Positions 45,450 through 57,400 of a DNA stretch of 64,000 nucleotides are shown piece by piece. The stretch spans positions 12,110 to 76,109 of IMG/VR virus record IMGVR_UViG_3300031992_000080. One strand, 5' to 3'. The stretch comes from a virus (Duplodnaviria; Caudoviricetes). The translations under genes and the position numbers were made by a program. Each line of letters starts with the position of its first letter. Position 1 is the first letter of the stretch. Below the pieces are notes generated by a model. The model searched no databases, was not told the DNA's origin, and was given only the letters and a program-made list of their open reading frames with translations.

Positions 45450-48400
45450 ATGTCAACCGACAATCTTGGCCTACCGACCTCCCTCGACGAAGAAGAGAAG
45501 AACCGGTCCGCGCTCGAGGAGGCCGAGCGGGCCGCATCGGCCGCGCGGGCGCCGCTGCCGAGCGCGGACGAGCCGGAGTCGGATTTGTCCGCACAGGTCG
45601 ATCCGGTTGCGGACGCGAGCGACGTGCCACGGGACGAACCCGTCCCAGCTCCGGAGCCGAGCCCCGCTTTCGCGGACGAGCAACCGGTCCCGCCGCCGGA
45701 CGAAAGGCCGGAGGAATCCGCCGATTCTTCTCCAGCCACGTCCGAGCCGGAGAAAATCCAGCCGGAATGGGATTCCGAAAACGGTTGGGAGGAAGGGTGG
45801 GAGGACCGCGAAGACCGGCGTCCGGGAGAGGACGACTGGACCACGCTTCGCCGCCACAACCTGGCCGACATCGGCAACGAGCTGGCCGTCATTGCAAACG
45901 CGGCGCGCTCGAACGAGACCGTAGACCGGACTTTTCGTTCCATTGACGGCTTCGGCGGCGCCGGCGCGGACGAGATGCTGGACATTCTCGCGAACGGAAC
46001 GGATCGCTTCCTCGACCGGGACGATACGGTTGCACAAGACCTCTACAAGACGCTGGAACGCGCAACGGACGGCATCTACTCGCAGCTCGGCGGCAAGATC
46101 GAGGATTTCTGGATCGGAAACCGGCGCGTCGTCCATGACGATTACGCCTTTGGCGTCGTCCGCGACCAGCAGGACGTCGACGACCGCCGCCGGTTCATGG
46201 ACGAACAGGACGCCCGCGCACGGCAAATGGCGAAGGAGGTCGCGTTTCTCAAGCAGAACCACGACCGTTCGCTTTTCGGGCGCATGCTTTGGCATGTCCG
46301 AAATGACGAGGACTGGAACGATGAAAGATTCGGCGTGTTCGACGGAACGAACAAGCTCACGCTGAACGAAATCGAAGAAGTCGCCGGCATGAGCGGCTTC
46401 AAAGAAGCGAAGAATCACGTGGCGCAGGAGCGCTTCGACGCCCTTGCCAAAGCCGTCCACGAGCGCTACCTCAAGGAACGCGGGGAGCGGTCGGTCTTGG
46501 AGGCGGCGTCGGACAATTTCCGCGGCGGCCTCGTCGAGCTCGGCACGATGGAGGAAAGCCTGCGGAACCTTCTCGTCAACGGCGGAAGCGGCGAGGCTTT
46601 CATGCGCCGCGCCCGCGAGCTCAAGGACGTGGAAGAGCTCAATGCCGCCGAGACGCCGACGGGCCGCGATTTCACGGAGATCGGCGGGCCGCTCGAAGCG
46701 CTCGGGTGGATGTTCCAGCAGTTTTCGCGCCTCGCCCCGCAGATGATCGCCCAGTTCGGCATCGCGCTCGGGACGGGCGGCGCGGGCAATCTCGCGGCCG
46801 GAGCGGCAGGGCGCATGGGCGCCTCCGCCGCGACGAAGGCGGCGATCCGCTCGGGCTTTTCGCGTGTCGGCGGCTACGCGACGACGGTCGCGCTCGACGT
46901 GGCCGACGTGACCGGACAACTCGCGGGAGAAGCCGCCGAGCGCGGGCAGGAAGGAATCGACCTGGGGGAGCTGGCGCTCGTTTCCGTGCCGTTCGTCGGC
47001 GCGGACCTCTACGGCTCGATCGGGCGCGGCGTCCGGCGCGCGGCCGGGAAGGCGGCCGGCGACATCGCGCGCGACATGGCGAAGAGCGCGCAGGTCTACA
47101 CGGCGCGCGGGTTCTGGCACGACGTCCTGCGCGGCTCCACGAGGGTTCTCAAGGACGCGGGGCTCGAAGGCGCGACGGAGGCGGCGCAGGACTGGTTCGT
47201 CCGCCTCGGCAACCTCGGCAAGAACGGGACGCTGGCGCTGGCGGGGCAGGGCGAAGAGAGCTTCGACGTGTTCGACGCCATGCTCGGGAGCGCGGAGACG
47301 TTTTTTGCGGCGGCCGCAAGCGGCGGCGCCGGCGCAATCGGGAGCTATGCGAATTTCGGGAAGAACTCTTCGTTCACGGGCGAGTATTGGCAGCAGAAGC
47401 GCCAGTTCGAGCGAAGCGCCCCGCGCGTGGACCGCTACATGGGCTGGGAGGCCGGTACGACGGCCCGGATCGTCCGCGCCGGAAAGGCGGGGTCGGACGT
47501 GGAGTCCGCTCGCAACGGCTACGGCTCCGTCCTCGCGGAAATCCTGCGCGACCAGGCGGCGGGCAACGCAACGCGGCTCGACGCGCTGGATGCGACCCTG
47601 CTCGGGCAGGCGATCGTGGCCGGGCAGGCGATCAAAGACCTTGAGTCCGTGTCCCGCAACGCCGAGAGGAGCCTTGCCGCGGTCCGCGCCGGCGCGCGAA
47701 TCGAAAAAAAGGACAAGGACGGAAATCCGACGGGCGAGTTCTACACGGCCGAGGAGCTTCTCCGCTTCAAGGAGCGGACGGACCACGCGCTGGAGAACGC
47801 GCGTGGCGTCAAGTCGCAGAAGCGCGACAACATGGGCGACAACGCGAAGGGCATCCTCGACGCGCTGGACGCGACGATCGGCGGTCCGACCCTTGCGGAA
47901 GGCGTCCGCATGCAGCGCGAGCGCGTGGCCGCCGGCGCGCAAGCCGACCCGATCCGCACGGAAGGGTTCGACGTGCCGGTCGTGCCGCCGTCGGTGGACG
48001 AGCGCACGGGCGTCGTGACGACCGTCTACATGGAGCGCGAGCAGGAGGGGTCGAGCCACCGGATGCAGATCGTGGAGACGCTCGACCCGGATTCCGGCGA
48101 CATCGTCTACCGCGTGAAGAACCTTCGCTCGGACGCACGGCCCGCCGACGCGGCGAGCGAGTTCCTGGCGCGCGACTTCGGCGGCGACGACAAGGCCGCT
48201 CTCGCTGCGGCCCTCGACTTCGCGCGCGACTACGCGGACTGGTCGGCCGTCGGCGCGGCCGCCAACGAGGCGTTCGACCGCGCGGCCGCTTCCTACGTGG
48301 AGGCGAACTATCCCGGGCGCCTGGCGATCTGCGCGGACAACGAGACGGAGCTTTTCGCGAAGCTCGCGGACGCCGGGATCGACCTCGCGAGCGGCGACTA

Positions 48401-51400
48401 CAGGACCGACACGGACGAACGGCTGCGCTCCCTGTTCCACGGGAGCCAGGAGAGCGCACTCACCGTCCCGCCGCTCGCCGACCGCGACGGCCCGGTCTTT
48501 TCCGTGATCGTGCGAGCCCGCAACGCGACGCCCGCTACCCTCGCGGCGACCCTCGACCACGAGACGATGCACGTGGATTTCGCGCGCCGGATCCAAGAGG
48601 CGGTCTCCCGGCGAGAAAACCCGAAGACGGGCCGCATGGAGCTTGCGAACAAGCCGCTTCTGGACGAGCTGTTCGCCGGCTGGAAGAAGCCGGACGGCAC
48701 GCCGATCGACCCGGCGGAGCTTTCCCCGGCCTTCCTGCAGCGCCGCGTCCGCGTGGCCCTTCTCGGACTGGACCGCGACGGGAGGGGCAACCCGCTCTCG
48801 CAGGAAGCCGTCCTTGAGGCCATGGCGGACGACGAGGCGCAGGAGCGCGAGGAGGAACTCTACGCCTACGCGACGGAGAGCGTGAACGCGGGCGCTTCGG
48901 AGGGCACCGGCCTCGTGGCGGGGCTCGTCCATCCGTTCCGCGCGCGCAAGATGCGAATCCTGCGGCAGACGCACCCGGAGCTCGTGAAGTTCGCCGGCGC
49001 CTACGTGGCCGGGCGTCTCGGTGCCTTTACCGGCGGAATGGGCGGAGGGGTCGTGACCGACATGTGGGAGGACACGGCCGCGACGGACGACGAGATCGCG
49101 GACTATCTCTTCCGGCTTCGCCAGCCACCGGCGAGCGACTACGCGCCCAATCCGCACGCGGACGATCCGGAAGGGGCCCGCCGCGCGCTCGGCGTGGAAC
49201 CCTCCGCGCCGGAGGAAGGCAGGACGAGCGGGGCCGGCGAAAGCGGCTCTCCCGGCGCTCCCGCGCCCGCGGAGCGCAACTACGCCTCGCGCGAAGAAAT
49301 CGTGGCGGACCTCGCGGCTGCGAGGGAGAACATGGCCGGTCTCCGCAGGGCCAACGCGGAGTCCTCGCAGATCGACGAGGCGGCGAGCCGCGTCCGGCGC
49401 TTGCAGGGCATCCTGCGCGAGTGGGACGAATCGCACCGCGAGGCGCCGCGAGACGCGCGCCCCGCGCCCCGCGGGGCGCCGGCGGAGGCGCCGCAACCGC
49501 AACGACCCGCGCCCGCGGAAACGAGCCCGCAGGAAAACCGGACGGGTTCGAAAGCCCCGGAGGAGCCTGCGCCAAGCGCGACGCCGGAGCCCGCTCCCGC
49601 GGAGCCGCGGCCGATCCCGAAGGGGGACGGGCGGGCGCGCGTCCCGGCCGCCGGCAAGGGCAAGGTGTCGATGAAGTCGCCTGACCGCTCGGAGAGCTTC
49701 GACGGGACGGTCGCCTACATGGATCTCGGGGACATCGTGAACGACCAGGTTCCCGGGTTCGACATGGCGTTCCAGAACCGCGGGCAGAACGACGCGGCTC
49801 GCGAGGTGAAGGCGAAGCAGATCGGGATGAACCCCGACGCCGACACGCTCACGGACGCCGGGACGATGATCGACGAAGGGACGATCGTCGTTGCGAAGGT
49901 CGACGGCAAATTCATGGTGATCGCCGGAAACACGCGCGCGTGGGGCCTGCAGCTCGCCGCGCAGCTCGGAAAGCTCGGACCCGTGACGGAGCGCGTCCGG
50001 GCGGACGCCGCCATGGATGGCGTGGATCTTTCCGGAATGGCGAACCCCGTGAAGGTGCGCGTTCTCTCGGCCTCCTACACGCACGAACAGCTCGAACACA
50101 TCGCGGAGGTGTCCAACCGCCAGAGCAAGAACCGCGTGGCGGACGAGAACCTCGCGCTCGACGATGCGAAGAAGATTCTCTCCGGCAAGAAGATCAAGGG
50201 CGCGTCCGGCTCGCTTCTGGACATGTTCGCTCCGGGGCCGGACGGCCAGCTCGACAACGCGAGCAACCGCGACTTCATGATGGCGTTCATCGCGGAGACT
50301 GGAGACAACGCCCTGCTCGGCAAGGACAAGGACGGGCGTCCGATCCCGAACGCGCAGGCATACGCGCGGGCGCAACGCGCGCTCGTGGCGGCGGTCCTCT
50401 TCGGCGAGAACGCCGACCGCGCGGAGACGGCGCGGATGCTCGGCGCGCTCATGGGCGAAGGCGCGGGCATGAAGAAGCTCGCCGCCGGCATTGCGGCTGC
50501 GGCCCCTTCGCTCGTCGCGGCCTTCCGCGGAAACAAGGCGTTCGACCTTTCGCCGGAACTCCGCGCCGCGTTGAACGAAATCGCGCAGGCGCGCGCGGAC
50601 GGCGTGACCGTGGACGATCGCTTCGCGCAAGCCACGATGGACCTCGGTGACGAGTCCGCCGCGAAGACCGGACCGAACGCGCCCGCGCTCGTCAAAGACA
50701 TCGCCCGCGCCCTCTGGAGCCGTGGCGTCGGAACCGGCAGGGGCGTTTCCGGGAAGGCCGTGCGGGAGCTGTTGCTCGACTACGCCGAGCGCGTCTACCG
50801 CCCCGCCAAAGGAACGCAGCCCGCATGGAAGCTCCCTGCGGAAGATGGCGAAGGCCTTTTTGGAGACGCGCTCCGCAACACGAAGCAGTCCGTGTGGAAC
50901 GCGGCGCTCGCGGCAGCCATGAGGGACGATCAGGGCCTCGGCCTGCGCTCACGCAACGGCGAAGCAGGCATCCGCGCCCGGAACGACGACGGGAGCCTCA
51001 AGATCGCGTCGCACGAGCGCAAGCAGGTGCTAGCGGACGCGGAGCGCAAATTCGGGAAGAAGCCACTCGTGCAGGTGCCGCCGCGCGATCGCATCCAGAC
51101 CGTGTTCGTGCAGAGTCGCAAGGCGCTCGGCGCGGCCGGCGTCCAGCCGTCCGCCGCCATGTCGGACGCGACGGCCGAGATCGTCTACCGCTACGACGGC
51201 GACGGCAAGGCGTTCGTCCTTGCGCGTCTCCCTGCGGAATATCCGGGTCTGGACCGCCAGCGCTACATGTTCGGCAGCAAAGAAGCAGACGAGGCGGCGA
51301 AGCGGCGCGAGCGCCGGGAGCTGGGGCGCATTGCGCGCCGGAACAACGGCAACGGCCGCTTCGACGGGATCTTCCAGCCGCTGCTCCTCGGGCCGGGCCC

Positions 51401-54400
51401 GCGCGCGCGGAACGGGGAGTTCTCGCCGCAGACGCCGGCGTTCAAGGCGCAGCTGGACGATGTGATCGCCCGCTACAAGGGGACGCCGCAGTGGCTCAAG
51501 GCCCCGAACGGGAAGGACTCCATCCTCGCGGCGACGCCGGACTACGGCCCGCTGCTCTGGGCGACCGTCCGCACGCAGAGCTTCAAGGACTGGTTCGGGG
51601 ATTGGGAGAACGATCCAGCGAACGCGAGCAAGGTCGTGGACGCGAACGGCGAGCCGCGCGTGGTGTACCACGGGACGGGAAGCGAGGAGGAGTTCGAGTC
51701 CTTCGACCGCAACCGCGTCGGTTCGCGGTTCGAGAACGTGGACGTCGACTACAACTTCTTCTTCACGGCGTCCGAACTTGCGGCCGAAGGTTATGGGGAA
51801 GTGTATCCATTCTTCCTCAACATCCGCAACCCGGAGATTCGCAACGTCAGGTTCGAGGAAGGCGAAGAAGAGGTTGGCGACCTCGACCTCCACGAGGACA
51901 TCATAAACGCCCACGACTTCGGCTCGGGTCAAATCGAACGCTCCGGCGCAAAACCGGAGAATGCCGACGGGCTCATCATGGGCGCGTTCCGCACGCCACC
52001 GCAGGCGGAAAGGGAAATCACCGAGCGCCACGCAAGGGAGATTCGGCCGGAACTTGAGCGTCTCCAGAAGGTCGACGAGGACGACATGGCGCTCCGCGAC
52101 GAGAAAGACGCGCTGTGGCAGTCCGGCCTCGACGCGACGGTCAAAGCGCTGCGCGACGACGACAACGAGGCTACGCGAGACTTGATCCGCGACCTGCCGG
52201 ATGATGCCGTTCGCGAAATCGCCAGGATCAAGTACAGGGAAGAGTTCAACGGGCTTCCGCGCGTAAAGGAAATAAACGAGATTCTCAAGCGTCACGGCAG
52301 GGAGGATCGCGAAACGCGGCTTCGCCTTGCGGACAAGCTGAACGCGGAGCTTGCGGCCGCGGGCCGCGAAACGCTTGATTCGGCGAATATATACGCGGTC
52401 GACGATCCGAACAACATCAAGTCCATCTTCAACTCGGGCGCGTTCTCCGCGTCCGACTCGCGGGTGAGGGCGCGTGGAGGGGAAATCGGTGGTGCACGCC
52501 TCGGGATCACGGCAGATGAAGCCAAGCGAATGGAGGCGGCTGGCGCGACGCGGGAAGAGATTTGGCGCGCAACAGGATGGTGGCGCGGCAAGGACGGAAA
52601 GTGGGGATTCGAGCTTGATCCGATTCCGTTAGAGGAGTTTGATAAGATCTACGGAATCCTAAAAAAGGAGCTTCGTGAACATCCTCTGCGGTACAACAAT
52701 ATACATGAGCCGAAGTTGGCTGGAAGGAAATATGCTGGTGTCTTCATGGAACAGGCCGCAGAGAAGTCTCCGTGGCTCCATCGACTGCTGCTTGCCTATC
52801 CGAGGCTGAGAAATGTCGGACTTGCCGCATGGCCCAGCAAAAGAGTGCTTGGCAAATACTACGGCGTGACGAGATTCCATCCCCTCCGTCCGTTGGGGAA
52901 TGGGCAGTTCGATCCGGTTGACATCCATATCGGATTGCAGTTCCGAAAGAAGGAGTCAATCTGGCTGACCTTCATGCACGAGATTCAGCATACAATTCAG
53001 GCATATGAAGGATTCCCGAACGGCAATGCGTCCGAGAAAGCCGTCGTGGCAGAAGATCCGTCTGGTGGAGAGGATGGTGAAATCGAAGCGCAGCTCGTTT
53101 CCCTCCGCGCAACCATGACTGAGGACGAACGCCGTTCGGAGCCGCCGTGGGAAACAGAGCGGCGGATGCTTGAACGAGAAAGGGAAAACGATGCCCTTGC
53201 GAGCATTTTGACAAAGGCAAAAGTACCGGAACGCGAATTCGTCCGGAAGACGGGCGGTTTGTATTCTCTTGCGCAAGAAAGAATCTTGGACAATCCTCCG
53301 ATGACGCGCGAGGAGGTTATTGATTATGTGAACCAAATCGCGAAGAGCATCGGCGCGGAACCGCTGCGCGTTCGGCAAGGCGATTCAAATATGCGCGAAT
53401 CCAGCGTTCGCGCCCGCAACTCCGTCTCCGTTGCGGCGGCGGGGCGGCTCGGCATCACGAACGAGGAGGCGGAGCGGCTTGAGCGTGAGGGATACTTCCC
53501 GGACGAGATCTTCCGCCGCACGCGCTGGTATCGCGGCGTGAAGGACGACGAGTGGCGCTACGAGCTGGAGCCGGTTCAGCTCCGTCCGTGGCTCACGGCG
53601 TGGGGCGACGCGCCCGTGCGCAGGGCCGGAGGAAAGCGGCGCGCGATCGCGGACATCATCGGGGAGGACTCCCCGTTCCTGCGCGCCTACCCGGCCGCGC
53701 GCAACATCACGGTCGAGATCAAGGAGAACAAGGACGGCGGCGAGGGCGAACTCGTCGGCGACCGCATCACGGTCTGGGGCCGCAAGGGCCAGACGCTCGC
53801 GGAGTTCGCGCAGGACAAGGGCGATAACGGCCTGCTCAACAGCCTCGTGCACGAGCTCCAGCATTGGGTGCAGAACCAGGAGGGCTGGCCGGAGGGCTCG
53901 TCCCCGGGGAACTTCCGGTCCGACCGGAAGTCGAGGCGGCTTCGGCAGGCGGAGAACGAGCGGAGCCAGGCGTTCTGGAACGCCCGCCGTCTCGCCGCGC
54001 AGCACGGCTACGATACTTCTCCCGATGCGGTCGAGGATCGCGCCCGCCGCGGCGGGGACGAAGCCGCGGTCTCTGACATGGAGGCACTGCTTCCCGAGCA
54101 AGGCGAAACCGCCGCGGAGGAAGAGCCGTGGGTGGCGGACCTTCGCGAGCGCGTCGGACGCTACCGGCAGGCCGTCGCGAACGTGAAGCGGATCGCAGAC
54201 GAGGACGGCTACCAGACCGCGTGGGACAAATACAACCGCGTTGCCGGCGAGGTGGAGTCGCGCAACGCGGGAAGCCGCGCCGCCATGAGTTCAGGGGAAG
54301 CGGCGGAGAATCCGCCGTGGACGACGATGGATGTATCGCCTCTGCGACAGACGATCGTCCGCAACGGCGAGGTCGTCGCGGCGAACGCGCGTCCTGCCGG

Positions 54401-57400
54401 CCGCCAGAAGCAGGCCGGCGTGGCCTACCCGGACGCCCGCGCGGAGATCGAGGCGCTCGACCTGCGCCCCGGCCTCGGAACGAGCGCCGAGGTGCGAGCC
54501 CGGAACCGCGACGAAATCATGGGCGTGCTTTCCAGCAAGCGCCCCGACCTCGACGCCGGCGCCGTCGCGGACGAAATCCTCAAGTTCGCCACGCCAAAAG
54601 AGCGCAAGCTCGCCCTGCATTGGGTCGTGCGCGGTGCGATCCGCCTGCCGGAGGACGCCTACAAGGTCGAGGACGCCGTTTCTGTGGCGGAGAAGGCGAA
54701 AGTCGATCCGTTCCGGTATGCCTCGCCGCTCGCGCTCCTGGAGGCGCACAAGCAGTTCAAGCCGAGTGCGCGTCCGATCGACCCCGCCACGGTGCCGGAA
54801 CTGACCGACCAGCGCGACGAGGGCGACGGAATCGTGTCCTACCTCGTGCAGGACGACCGGCAGGGGCAGGCGGCCATGCGGAAAATCATCGACACGCATT
54901 GGGGCGAGGACGCGAACCCGTGGTGCCTGCTGGCAAAGAAAAAGAAGTGGACGTATGTCGAACTCACCAACGACTATGACGCCTATCAGGAAATGGAGCG
55001 CTGGTGGGCGCAGCTCCCGCATGACGAACGAGTCAGGATCGCCGGCGACCGAGCGGACGAGGAAAGCGTCATGGACGCAGACCCGGCGTCGGAATACTAT
55101 GTTGACAACGTGGTTGACAATCCAGTTTCCTTGGACGATGCCTGGGACTACTGGCAGCATTACTCCGCCCTCCCGAAGCGCGTCGCGTTCAAGGACGGGA
55201 AGCTGCTCGCGTTCATGGCGACGGAGGACAAGGGCGACGATGCCGTGAACCTTGAAGACCGGCTCGAAGAACTGCGGTCGGAATTGCGTGGCGAAAGAGG
55301 CATGGTCGAAACAGGAAACTTCGCAAGGGAGTCCGAATACTGGGAGGCGAAGGAAAACGACGACCAAGCAACAATAGACGAAATCGTCAACGAATGGGAT
55401 GAGTGGGTTGACAGTGATGCCGTTTCAGCAAGTTATGATGACGAAAGAGGCGTTGCTACCATTCGCAACTATGAAGGAGATTCCTTCTTCGACGAAGACG
55501 AGAATGGGAATCCTCGCGAATACCGCCGCCGCGCCGATGGCTCGTATGTCTTCGGCGGAGAGGCGGAGGAAGAATGGTGGGACCGTCAGGACGTTTCGCA
55601 CCCGAACCTCGACTGGGCGCGTGGCGATGCGTCTGGCGTTCGTGCGCGCAACGCGGACGAGACGATGGCTGCGCGGCTCGGGCTCGGCAACGCGGACGAG
55701 GCGCGCCGCATGGAGCGCGAGGGCGCGAGCCGGCTCGACATCTGGCGCCGGACGGGTTGGTGGAAGCGCCCCGAGGACGGAATGTGGCGCATCGAGCTGC
55801 CCCCGCTCAAGTTCAAGACCGGTGCGTTCGAGCGGCTCTACGCATCCATCCACGCGAACCAGCAAAAGCTCAAGGGGTCGAAGTATACCCAGAAGAACCT
55901 GCCAACCTACGAGGATTGGCGCAGGGCGCTTGAAAGCGGAGGAAACGACGATCAATACACGGCACCCGCGGCGAAGATTGTCAGCGCGCTTTTCGAGACA
56001 GTTGCCGTGTGGTCTGCTGTTGAGATCCATAAGGCCGAAACGGGTGGAACGCAGGCATCCGGTCCGCACCGCTCGTGGTTCTACGATGATACAAGGCGTG
56101 ACAAATATGGCGCAATGCCGCGAGAGGACTATGAGACCGTTGTAGCCGCCATCAAAGAATGGAAAGCACAGCACCCGGAGCAGGCGCGAATCCTCCAAGA
56201 AGCGGAACGCCCACGTGTCAGTTCCTATGACTGGGGGAATATCGTCGAGCGTGCGCGTAAACTCATCTACAACATGAAGCACGGTGCGGCCGCTCCACGG
56301 GAATTGCAGGGCAAGCTCCGAATGCGCTGGGCCGACATCGCGGCGGACGAGAACCGTGTTGAACGCCCGAATACTCTGCGCGAGCTTCTTTCCGACGACG
56401 ATCCGGTGCTCAAGGCTCTCCCGGAGCTTGGAGACTTCCCGATCGTGTTCCAGAGCGATACTGGCCGCTACGGAGGCTGGGCCGGCACAGACAACATCAC
56501 GCTCAACACAATCTGGACGAACGACAGGATGGGTGCGACCGATGCGGTGTTCGACACGCGGAAGACGCTTGCGCACGAGATCCAGCACAAGGTCCAGGCC
56601 GCCGTCGGGTTCATGCGTGGCGTAAACCCGGATGCGGTGAAGAGGGCGCGAGAAGATCGCTCGTATCGGTACGATCCTTGGACGAACGAGCAGCTGCGCG
56701 GAGACGAAAACCTCACGCCGGAACAGGTCTACATGGGCTGGGGTGGCGAGGTCGAGGCCCGCGCGGTCGAAGCCCGCATGCACCTCACGGACGAGCAGCG
56801 CAAGGAAATCCCGCCGTGGGTCACGGAAGAGGTTGTTCGCGAGGATAAGTTCGGAAAGCGCACAGACTACTCCTACGCGGCGCAGAAGCGCGCGATGGAA
56901 GAGATGCAGTGGGTCGAGGAATCTTCGGTCAACGATCCGAACGGGCCGCAATACAGGCCGTTGTCAGGCGAGCAGGCGCAGACGGAGCGCCGCCCGCTTG
57001 GCAATCCAGAGCAGCTCACGTTCGACTTCATCCCGCCGACGGAGTCCGTAGTGGAATCCGTGTCCGACGCAATGAACCTCGGCGGCGTTCGTGCGCGGAA
57101 CGGGGAGTTCGCGACCGCGCCGGAGGACATCGGCCGCAGGGTGATGGGCTACAATGTCGGGACGCGCGCGCCGGACCTCACGCCGGTCGACGTAACGAAC
57201 AGCCGGACGGGCAAGCCGGAGCGCGCGATTGCGTTCCCCGGCGACCGGCCGGAGGGCTACGTCCCGTCCCGCATCGGCTACGCCTACAAGCTCATGGAGC
57301 AATGGCCGGACGGCTCGCTGCACGCGCTCTTCGCGAACGTGGCCGACACCGTTCCGCAGAACGAGTGGATGTTCGCCGCCGGCTTCCCACTCACGGACCG

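Noticed and set aside
45471-50630. 1719-aa minus-strand ORF (and similar 795-aa and 611-aa ORFs further right)
   Set aside because: Antisense shadows of the giant plus-strand gene caused by high-GC codon bias; no motifs, and RBS context not convincing.
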